Assembly: GCA_033763315.1 (NCBI GenBank) | Contig: JANRKS010000026.1 | Span: 32,531-96,530, forward strand | Source: Deltaproteobacteria bacterium | GTDB taxonomy: Bacteria; Myxococcota_A; Polyangia; Fen-1088 | DNA: 64,000 nucleotides | Reading direction: 5' to 3' | Shown here: piece by piece, positions 46,516 to 54,399 of the stretch | Numbering within the stretch: the first letter of the stretch is position 1 | How the letters are laid out: each line of letters opens with the position of its first letter | The notes under the pieces: generated by a model | What the model was told of the DNA's origin: nothing | The model's input: the letters and a program-made list of their open reading frames with translations, nothing else | Database searches by the model: none | Made by a program: the position numbers and the translations under genes

Positions 46516-47598
46516 ATGACGAAACCGACGACCTTTGAACAATACGTTGCGCCTTTGCCAGCGGATCAACGACGCGCCTTAGAGACGCTGCGCAAGCAGA
46601 TCATCGGTGCCGCTCCAGATGTGCAGGAGTACATCGGCTATGGCTTGCCTGGCTTCAAACTGCACGGACGGCCGCTGCTCTACATCGGCGCGGCGAAGAG
46701 TCATTGCGCCATATATGGCGCTCGTGCGGAAGGCGCCTTGGTCAAGAAGCTCGCCGCGTTTAAGCAAAGCAAGGGCACGATACAGTTTGTGCCCGCTCAT
46801 CCGATTCCTGCGGCGGTGGTAAAGGCGATTGTCAAGGCGCGCGTGCAAGCAAACAACGCACGCGCGGCGACCAAAACCAAGGCGTCCGCCAAGCCTGTTC
46901 CATCCAAATTGATGGGCAAAGCGGCGCCCGGCGGCGATCTCAAAAGCACTCTTGCTTGGCTCAAGCAAGAGGGAACGAAGAAGACGCTGGACAGCATGGG
47001 CCGCTACGGCATCACCGCAACCAAAGCGTTTGGCGTTACGGTGGGCGAGCTGAAAGCCTATGCGAAGGGGCTCGGCAAAAATCACGTGTTGGCAGAGCAA
47101 CTGTGGGCCTCCGGTTGGTACGAGGCGCGGATGTTGGCAAGCTTTGTTGGTGACCCCAATGCGCTCACCGCAAAACAAATGGACGCGTGGGCCAGCGACT
47201 TCGACAGTTGGGCCATTTGCGATTCCATATGTTTTCACCTTTTTGATCGCTCCCCTTTGGCCTTCAGCAAAGTAAAGACCTTTGCCAGCGCCAAACCAGA
47301 ATTCAAAAAACGCGCGGCCTTTGCGACGTTGTGGGGTCTCACCGTGCACGACAAAAAAGCCGGCAACGACAGCTTCTTGAACTGCTTGCCCCTCATCGAG
47401 AAAGCTGCCACAGATGACCGCGCGTTTGTGAAAAAGGGCGTTGACATGGCCTTGCGCGCAATGGGGAAGCGCAACGGAGTTCTTCACGCCGCCGCGTTGG
47501 CCCTGGCGAAGAAACTTGCTGTTTCCACGAACGCCTCAAGCGCATGGATCGGCCGCAGCGCCTCCCGTGAGTTGTCGAAGGTGACGCCGCGAGGTTGA
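46516..47598 (+). CDS. Fusion of DUF1801 (YdhG-like) and a DNA alkylation repair (AlkD-like HEAT) domain
   Basis: N-terminus GYGLPGFKLHGRPLLYIGAAKSHCAIYG; C-terminus WASGWYEARMLASFVGDP..DSWAICDSICFHLF..KRAAFATLWGLTVHDKK. Confidence 0.8.
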   Translation: MTKPTTFEQYVAPLPADQRRALETLRKQIIGAAPDVQEYIGYGLPGFKLHGRPLLYIGAAKSHCAIYGARAEGALVKKLAAFKQSKGTIQFVPAHPIPAAVVKAIVKARVQANNARAATKTKASAKPVPSKLMGKAAPGGDLKSTLAWLKQEGTKKTLDSMGRYGITATKAFGVTVGELKAYAKGLGKNHVLAEQLWASGWYEARMLASFVGDPNALTAKQMDAWASDFDSWAICDSICFHLFDRSPLAFSKVKTFASAKPEFKKRAAFATLWGLTVHDKKAGNDSFLNCLPLIEKAATDDRAFVKKGVDMALRAMGKRNGVLHAAALALAKKLAVSTNASSAWIGRSASRELSKVTPRG

Positions 47599-47838
47599 TC
47601 AATTGCGACCCAATTGGTCCAAGATCTTAAAGTCAAAAGAATGAAGTAGAAACGAACTTCACAAGAAGGGGCAGTTCATCCCTTTCCCAAGTGGCACGCC
47701 CGGTAAGAACGTCGCAGGCGCGTGTGCTGAAACAGTTTGCAACGCTATTGGCGTGCCCACTGAGTTTTTGGCGAGCCCGAATACGGCGGCGAGCTGCCGC
47801 AGCTCAAGGCATTAGGCGCAAGGCAGCTCGAAGGTGCA

Positions 47839-48489
47839 TCACTTCGCCGCTTCTGTAGTGGCTTCTGGAGCCGGGGGCGCTTTAAGTACGCACGCCAGGC
47901 TTACGGTTACCTCCGCTTCGTCACTGATGGATCCCGCCATACCAGTCATGCCAAAACGGCCGCGTGAAAATGGAATCACGGCCTCGAATCCGGCCATGCC
48001 ACCACCCTTTGCGTCGCGCGTGGCACCCAAGCGTTGCGCCACGAAGCGAATCGGCTGCGAGATACCGCGAAAGCTAAGATCACCGTCAACCGTGAATCGA
48101 TCACGGCCTGCCTTGCGTATCTGCTTTGATACGAATGTCACCTCAGGAAAGGCACTGACGGCAAAGAGATCGGGATCGCTTTTCAGTTTGTTGTCACGAG
48201 CGGAGATGCCCGTATCAAGGCTATCAACGGCAATCGACAGGTTAACTTGACCTTTGACCTTGCCCGCATGTTCAAGCAACTCAACAGTGCCTGAGAACTT
48301 GTTGAAGCGGCCGAAGAAGTGGCTGACGCCATTGCGTTTGACCTTGAAGATGAGCGATGAGTGGCCCGTGTCGATCTCATAGTGAAGCGCCTCGCCGGCC
48401 GCGGTAACAGCGGACGCGGTTTGTGCGAAGGCGGGTGCCGTGTTCAAACAGACAAACAGAATGGTCCAAGGCCGTGCAATCAACATCAT
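47839..48489 (-). CDS. YceI-family periplasmic protein
   Basis: Signal peptide ending PAFAQT; YEIDTGHSSLIFKVKRNGVSHFFGRFNKFSG is the YceI signature. Confidence 0.85.
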   Translation of the reverse strand: MMLIARPWTILFVCLNTAPAFAQTASAVTAAGEALHYEIDTGHSSLIFKVKRNGVSHFFGRFNKFSGTVELLEHAGKVKGQVNLSIAVDSLDTGISARDNKLKSDPDLFAVSAFPEVTFVSKQIRKAGRDRFTVDGDLSFRGISQPIRFVAQRLGATRDAKGGGMAGFEAVIPFSRGRFGMTGMAGSISDEAEVTVSLACVLKAPPAPEATTEAAK

Positions 48490-48697
48490 GTGGAACCTAT
48501 GCCGCAATTGCAGCAGCAATCAAGTCAAGATCCTTTGACATGACGGAGCCAAGCTAGGTCCCGTGAAACACATAGGCGCTTGGCATATTCACAAACATCT
48601 TCCCTTGCGTGCACGGCGCTTTGATCTTTACCCTGATTCTGTCGACACCCCCTCCGATGAGGATGCCGAAGGATGATAAGTGCGTAGCGCAAGCCGA

Positions 48698-50035
48698 TCA
48701 ATCAACAGCGATCGCATCCATCGGCTGCGTGTCAGAAACGGCAGCGTCTCTCGAAGCGTCGACCGTCGAGACCAGGCCGGTGTCGTCAGCCTCACGGGCG
48801 TCAGCCGCATCCGCTCCACTGTCTGGGCCTGCATCATCCATCGTTGCCCTCGGCGCTTCCCAGCCTAGAACCGGCGGAGCGCGGTCAGGTCGAGAGGTTG
48901 CTACGATCCAAAGTTCTTTGTCATCAACACCAACGAGGATGTCGGGGCGCCGTTCGTAGCAAGCCTTTAGTTCCTCAAAGAGCCCTGGTAGCGATTCTGT
49001 ATCATCCTCAGCCACACGCACGCGCCACGCAGACACGATTTCGCCAGAGGCCTCGTCGTGAAAGACCGAGAACGTATCTTGAGCGATGTCGGGCAGGAAT
49101 CTGGGACATACGAACGACCGCACAGCCGACGGCAGCGACTCACGCCAGCGACTTTGCCAAATCCAATTTCCTAGGCTTTCCATCATCATTCGAGTGAATG
49201 ACGCAGGCAAAACGGGTATCTGCGGCGAAACGCCTTTGAGGCGGTCGTGTTTCGCCAGCCAGGGATGCATGACCTCGCGGGTGCTTGTGGGCATGTGTTG
49301 CCAAACCTCGCGGCGTTCGCCGACACGCAAGCGGCTCATGAAGTACGCGCCGTAGCTGTAGGTAAACTGGCTGTAGGCGTCCGTGATGATATTGGGCCCA
49401 TGACCCGGAAGTCCGCGGGACAAATATGTTGACTCCAGGTCAACGTCGGCCGGGCTCACCCCCTGGGCATCAAGAACCGCCAGATCAGCGATGAGCGTCG
49501 CCTCACCTTCGACAACTGCGCGGTTCGCTAGAAATTCGTCGAACGACATTTTCTTAGACATCATTTCCACGTCTGGGACCTGCAGCACGTGGACGAGTTC
49601 GTGAAGAAGCACCTTTGTCTTGTCAGCGTCAGTGCTCGAACGGTTGACCAGCAGGACAACTTTGCTGCCATCAAAGTATCCGCCCAGCCGCGAGATATAT
49701 TCGTTTTCTAGCGTCAAATCCGTCTCGGTATTTCCCTCTAGCCCCATGAGCGCGAATCCTCGACGTTGCACGACCGCTTTGAGGTCGATGGGCGAATCGC
49801 GTATCTCGGCTGCCGCCATCTCGGCTTTACTGGCCGACCCGATGATTTCAATGGGTGGCAGAGGCAGTGGCTCGACCTGACGCTGGCACGCCGCCACGGT
49901 CATAATGTGTTGCTGGCATTGCAGCTGGTCCACCTTGCAAGCCGACAATCTCGGGCAAACCGTTTTGGGATCACAGCCCGTTGCAAGCAGTGACGTCATG
50001 ACAGCAAACGCCAAGGCGATCCGTCTTGCGTTCAT
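48698..50035 (-). CDS. Putative gluzincin metalloprotease lipoprotein (HExxH)
   Basis: Lipobox LATGC; LLHELVHVLQ plus a downstream VVEGEATL (possible third ligand). ATGA overlap with the upstream gene. Confidence 0.6.
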   Translation of the reverse strand: MNARRIALAFAVMTSLLATGCDPKTVCPRLSACKVDQLQCQQHIMTVAACQRQVEPLPLPPIEIIGSASKAEMAAAEIRDSPIDLKAVVQRRGFALMGLEGNTETDLTLENEYISRLGGYFDGSKVVLLVNRSSTDADKTKVLLHELVHVLQVPDVEMMSKKMSFDEFLANRAVVEGEATLIADLAVLDAQGVSPADVDLESTYLSRGLPGHGPNIITDAYSQFTYSYGAYFMSRLRVGERREVWQHMPTSTREVMHPWLAKHDRLKGVSPQIPVLPASFTRMMMESLGNWIWQSRWRESLPSAVRSFVCPRFLPDIAQDTFSVFHDEASGEIVSAWRVRVAEDDTESLPGLFEELKACYERRPDILVGVDDKELWIVATSRPDRAPPVLGWEAPRATMDDAGPDSGADAADAREADDTGLVSTVDASRDAAVSDTQPMDAIAVD

Positions 50036-50913
50036 AATTTCATCCCCGCAGCCACACCAATTGCGAGATGCCACTTTGTTTCGTCGGCATCAAAATACCT
50101 GGCGCCATCGAAGCGATATGCCGGGCCAATCGCACCGCGGAGGTACACGTTGCGGGATACGTAGCGCTCGTAACCGAAGTTGACGGACACGGTGTACAGG
50201 GTTTTCGTCGACATCTCAGCGGCCCACTGAGCAAGACGTACGCTGCGTTGATGCACATTATCGACGATGCCTTCGGCAATGAGTCTATTGCGGCCACCAT
50301 AGGCTGCGCCCATGCCTGCCATAAGCCCGTAGGACGTCTTGTCGTCGCTAAACAGCGAGAGTGCGCCTAAGCTGGCGCGGTACGCCCATCGCGAAGGCTT
50401 GTACTCGTACCCCCAGTAGCTCCCTGTGGCCTCCGCGAGCGCCACGTACCCCGCGAGCCAACCCGAACGTTGCTCGGGCGGAGCGGCGATTCGTTCAAGT
50501 TCCAAATACGAGATTTTCGACAAATCGTGTTGGCGTTGAAATACCGACCGGAAATAGACCACAAGACCGAGCGCGGTGAGTTGAAGGTCTTGAAACAACA
50601 GGCCACCCACATACTTCTCCTCGACCTGGTTCAGAGTCAGTAGACTTGCAGCACCGACCCAGAACATTGCCTTGCCGGGCGCTTCCACATCGCCTACCTC
50701 GTTCTTTGGCACGTACTCCACAGAACCGTCTTCAGTGGCCAACACATACTCGCCCCGCCGCTCACCCAAGATCTCACCACGCAGCGCCGCTCTGCCCGGA
50801 CGGCGCAAGGTTGACTCCGTTGAACATCCAAGCCCCATCGCCAAACCCAAAACAAGCCCCGTCGTGACAAAGGCGTTTCGGATCCCGGTAGCCGTATATG
50901 TCTCGCGCCGCAT
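50032..50913 (-). CDS. Hypothetical lipoprotein, possibly a beta-barrel
   Basis: Lipobox GLGC; the C-terminal half has an alternating hydrophobic/aromatic pattern. The start codon sits inside an 8-bp GC hairpin (50904-50925). Confidence 0.55.
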   Translation of the reverse strand: MRRETYTATGIRNAFVTTGLVLGLAMGLGCSTESTLRRPGRAALRGEILGERRGEYVLATEDGSVEYVPKNEVGDVEAPGKAMFWVGAASLLTLNQVEEKYVGGLLFQDLQLTALGLVVYFRSVFQRQHDLSKISYLELERIAAPPEQRSGWLAGYVALAEATGSYWGYEYKPSRWAYRASLGALSLFSDDKTSYGLMAGMGAAYGGRNRLIAEGIVDNVHQRSVRLAQWAAEMSTKTLYTVSVNFGYERYVSRNVYLRGAIGPAYRFDGARYFDADETKWHLAIGVAAGMKL

Positions 50914-51091
50914 TCGAGCGGCGCGGACGTTATCACAGCACAGCGGACCTTGTGCATAGGCCGCGTGGCCTGCAAGGAGAACGGGGTCGAGTTAAGTGCG
51001 GCCGAGACCGAGCGGTCGCACTGGAGACGGACCTCTGTTGAATGCGGAAGGCTCAGCGGTTCGACACCTTTGCGTTTCAAGATCCCGAGGC

Positions 51092-51355
51092 TTACAGTGA
51101 TAGCCCCACGAGGGCGTAAGACTTCCTTCCAGAAACATCGCCTGGTAGGCCGGGGTCGTGGTTAGAACGGGTTGCAAGCGGCTGACGGTTCGACCCACCC
51201 AAATGACAGCCTCCGCAACTCATTGCTGCTGCGCAAGGCGGGCTTGATGGTCGCGCGGGACCGTCGTCTTTCACGGCCAGATGCAAACCTTCGTCGTCAC
51301 AGAGAGCCTCCACTTCAACCAGGCGTGCCGCGGCATGCTTGGCCACGTTCACCAA
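51092..51355 (-). pseudogene. HATPase_c fragment of a NarL-type sensor histidine kinase
   Basis: ALVNVAKHAAARLVEVEALCDDEGLHLAVKDDG (N-box/G1-like) is preceded by an in-frame TAG (51359-51361). There is no HisKA region, and the fragment is out of frame with the upstream propeller ORF. Confidence 0.45.
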
Positions 51356-52113
51356 TGCCTAGCGGTGGGGGGCTTGCACGTTTTGGGCGCCGATGAAAGC
51401 GAAAACACCGCGTCGTTTGAAAGTGGTTGGTTCGCGAAGCGCGCTTGGCGATCCACGCGCCAAAGCCCATCGCCACAACCCGCATATAAGGCATCCCCCA
51501 CAAACGCCAAAGCGCCCACCGCTTGGTGAGGCGTGAACGCGTTGACCATTCCCTGTGGAGTCACATGCGCAAGCCCAGCTTCCATGCCAACCCAAACGCC
51601 GCCCTCGGCGTCGGCAACCAGCGCCAAGATCCAACTCTGCGCCAGGCCTTGTGCGGGAACGAACCCGGAAGGCGTTACGTGAAGCAGTTGGGAAGTGCCA
51701 ACCTTGCGGCCAAGCTGCCGCACGCCCCCCTCCGTGACACCCAACATCCCATCGCCGGTGGCAACCCAGAGCCCGCCATTCGACGCCGCGGCGACAACGC
51801 GAGGAACCACGTTGTCACCCAGCGCTACATCAACAAACTTCACTCCATCGAAACGCCGCAAACCTAGCGGCGTGCCCACCCACACAAAACCACGCGCGTC
51901 CTGCGTCAGCGTGTGAACCAAGCCGCTGCGCTGCCATATCTCTGGCGTCAACTCTGGGGGCACCGGCGCGGCCGCGGCGGCGTGCAATCTGGCAAGGGTG
52001 GCCACCGCGACCAACAGACATGGCTTAACACCGCGACGAGTGGCCGCACCCAAACGCGCGACGCAAGAACGACCGAGGTTGCCCAAGCTTTTACGATAAC
52101 CGAAAAGCTTCAT
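51349..52113 (-). CDS. Two-component-regulator propeller repeat protein, probably the truncated N-terminus of a sensor kinase
   Basis: Reg_prop-like repeats (GFVWVGTPLGLRRFDG, GGLWVATGDG, GGVWVGMEAGLAHV). The ORF stops where a Y_Y_Y/HisKA region would be expected. Confidence 0.55.
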   Translation of the reverse strand: MKLFGYRKSLGNLGRSCVARLGAATRRGVKPCLLVAVATLARLHAAAAAPVPPELTPEIWQRSGLVHTLTQDARGFVWVGTPLGLRRFDGVKFVDVALGDNVVPRVVAAASNGGLWVATGDGMLGVTEGGVRQLGRKVGTSQLLHVTPSGFVPAQGLAQSWILALVADAEGGVWVGMEAGLAHVTPQGMVNAFTPHQAVGALAFVGDALYAGCGDGLWRVDRQARFANQPLSNDAVFSLSSAPKTCKPPTARHW

Positions 52114-52159
52114 CTTTGCCTTGCGGGGCGTATGCCGCGATCAACTGCTGGGGCGTGGT

Positions 52160-53065
52160 TTACAACTTGCCCAGCACACCCGCCATCATCTCGGCGATCG
52201 CCGGTCGCGCTTCACGCACCAGGTGCCCGGGGTTACCTGTTTCCACGATGTAGTCGTCACAGGTTCTCACCGTGGGAACAAACGACATGTACAAGGAGCC
52301 CGTACGATCGGCTTGTACCACCCGCTGAATCGCTTCGACGGCCGCGGGGTGAACGATTGATGCCATCACGAAGCCATCGCCGCGCGCACATGGTTTGCCT
52401 TGGGGCCCGCCGATCACAGGTTGCAAGATCACAACCTTCACACTCGGCAATTTCATCTTCAATGTCACCAGCATCGCTTTGATCTGCGCTTCGATGACCG
52501 CGGGATCCGTTTCGCCGCGAAAGCCCTCAGCGCTGAGCAATTCAAACAAGACACGATCGGGTCCCGCGCTATTGCGGGCGCACGGCGATTGCAGCGCCAG
52601 GCTCCAACCGTCGAAATTAGGATCGGCCCACGCCCCCACCCCGCGGCCGGTGCGAATCAACATCTGCCAGGCGCCATCTTCCACCAAGCGTTCGAACGTG
52701 CCCGGCAGCAGGCTCCATTGCGCAGTGATGCTCATGCCAATGATTTGCGTGCACGTTCCCGCTGGAATGGATGCGGTCTTGGCATCGACAGGCGCCTGCG
52801 CATCAGGTGTGATGGAGGCGTCTTGCTTCACAACGGGAGGCACGCCCGCGTCGCGGGCAACACCACCCACCGCTTCGCCGCCGGAGCCACCGGCACGCCC
52901 GCCCATATCTTCAGGCGGCCCGCCTGCGGTGCCACCTTGAGCCGCCGCGGCGCCACCGGTTTGGCTGGCTCCGCCGTCACCACCCGCATCGATCTCCTCT
53001 TGTTGATCGTCAGCGCCAGCGCAGGCCACGAAAAGCATCAAAACAAATAGCGTCGTCTTTATCAT
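52160..53065 (-). CDS. Lipoprotein with a Gly-rich linker and a tentatively SGNH/GDSL-like domain
   Basis: RBS GGAGAAGG; lipobox FVACAG; IIGMSITAQW resembles block I GDSxT with D replaced by M; the C-terminal GNPGHL resembles the DxxH block. It begins 23 nt after the DUF1552 stop. Confidence 0.6.
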   Translation of the reverse strand: MIKTTLFVLMLFVACAGADDQQEEIDAGGDGGASQTGGAAAAQGGTAGGPPEDMGGRAGGSGGEAVGGVARDAGVPPVVKQDASITPDAQAPVDAKTASIPAGTCTQIIGMSITAQWSLLPGTFERLVEDGAWQMLIRTGRGVGAWADPNFDGWSLALQSPCARNSAGPDRVLFELLSAEGFRGETDPAVIEAQIKAMLVTLKMKLPSVKVVILQPVIGGPQGKPCARGDGFVMASIVHPAAVEAIQRVVQADRTGSLYMSFVPTVRTCDDYIVETGNPGHLVREARPAIAEMMAGVLGKL

Positions 53066-53088
53066 CGCCTTCTCCATGTATGCTGGTG

Positions 53089-54399
53089 TTACGTCAAACC
53101 GGCGAGGCCACCTGGGCCCGACAACGGCTTGCCAAACTGGGCGGTCGTGACGCCCATCAACTGGCACACAGATGTGAGCAACATCGAGCGATCTTTGCCG
53201 CCCATGTTCAAGTGCTGACCCTTTTTCAAACCCGAAAGTCCCGCGAGCACTTGGCGAACGTCGTTGGTGCAGCTGTGTGTGTACGAAACAGAAAGATCGG
53301 TGGTCCACCAGATCAGCGTGTTATCAAGCAGCGTTCCGTTGCCCTCTTTGACTGACTTGAGTTGCGTGATGATGCTTGCCAGATACCCGGCTTCCCACGC
53401 GTGCATTTTGTCGAGCTGGGCCTTTGCCGTGGCATCAAACTCATGCCCCAGGCCGTGATCCAAAGCGTTCACCATCACAGGGTTGAAGTTCATCGAGAAG
53501 TCGCCCGTGCCGCCGCCCCCTCGCCCGCACTGAATCACACCCACGCGTGTAAGGTCGCATTGAAACGCCGCCACCATCAGCTTCGCGTGCGCTGCAGCGG
53601 TCAACGCGTGGTCATACGTATTTTGCGTGATCGAAGGGACTTGGCACCCTGCTGTGATGGCCGCGGGCTGAGTCACACTCGCTTGCAGTTGTTCAACGGC
53701 GCCAAGCTGGCTATCCAAGCGACATCGATCTTCTGATGACAAGGTGGCTTTGACCTTGGCGATGTCACCTTTGACGTAATCCAATATAGCTTTGCGGCGT
53801 GCCACGCTGGGATCGGGCGCTGAACCCATGGGCTGCGGCCGCACACCATCGAACACCTGGGTGAACGCCGTGGCCGGGCTAAACACGGGCGGCACCGGAT
53901 CGCGTGGCCCGGCATAAGACAGGCGCATGCTGCCCACGCCAGCGTCGCGCGGGGCCACACCCAACACAAGCGATCGCAGCTTCGTGGTTTTGCCGATGGC
54001 GTTGGCCACGAATTGGTCAACGGAGATGCCGCTTGAAAGCTGATCCGCGGTGATCGGAACGCCCGTCAGCGCGTGGATGTAAGCGCGCGTGTGTTTGTCA
54101 CCGAGATCTTCATCGCCAAAGCCCGTTCGGCCTTCAACGGATTGGTCACCCACGCCGCTCAGAACAAGAATTTCATTTTTCACGGCTGCCAAAGGGGCAA
54201 GCTGCGTCGTCAACGCAAAGCCTGGCCCCGTGGTGGTGGGCTTCCAGCGGCCGTCGTGCCCGCCATTGGGTGTGAATAAGATCAGCAGCCGCTTCGGTGG
54301 GGCGGTTTGCCCATAAACCCGGCTCATGTTCAAGAACGGCACCGCCGCGGCGGCCGTGGCCACGCGAGACATCATCTGACGACGCGAAACAAACTTCAT
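53089..54399 (-). CDS. DUF1552 domain protein (second copy)
   Basis: N-terminus MKFVSRRQMMSRVATAAAAVPF (Tat-like); KEGNGTLLDNTLIWWTTDLS; ATGA overlap with the upstream gene. Confidence 0.85.
   Translation of the reverse strand: MKFVSRRQMMSRVATAAAAVPFLNMSRVYGQTAPPKRLLILFTPNGGHDGRWKPTTTGPGFALTTQLAPLAAVKNEILVLSGVGDQSVEGRTGFGDEDLGDKHTRAYIHALTGVPITADQLSSGISVDQFVANAIGKTTKLRSLVLGVAPRDAGVGSMRLSYAGPRDPVPPVFSPATAFTQVFDGVRPQPMGSAPDPSVARRKAILDYVKGDIAKVKATLSSEDRCRLDSQLGAVEQLQASVTQPAAITAGCQVPSITQNTYDHALTAAAHAKLMVAAFQCDLTRVGVIQCGRGGGGTGDFSMNFNPVMVNALDHGLGHEFDATAKAQLDKMHAWEAGYLASIITQLKSVKEGNGTLLDNTLIWWTTDLSVSYTHSCTNDVRQVLAGLSGLKKGQHLNMGGKDRSMLLTSVCQLMGVTTAQFGKPLSGPGGLAGLT

Noticed and set aside
47692-47760. 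A long-range inverted repeat GTGGCACGCC ... GGCGTGCCCAC between the convergent DUF1801-AlkD and YceI genes, considered as a structured RNA.
   Set aside because: It has one mismatch, a loop of about 50 nt, no U-tract and no conserved motif I recognise. It is most simply a weak bidirectional transcription stop or a chance feature of GC-rich DNA.
51058-51194. tRNA/tmRNA-like GGTTCGAC motifs (51058-51065 and 51187-51194) in an unassigned region.
   Set aside because: The flanking bases do not form a T-stem. I could not build an acceptor, anticodon or D arm, there is no CCA or tag-peptide frame, and there is no RNase P or SRP consensus. The region is more likely decayed coding sequence of the neighbouring kinase locus.
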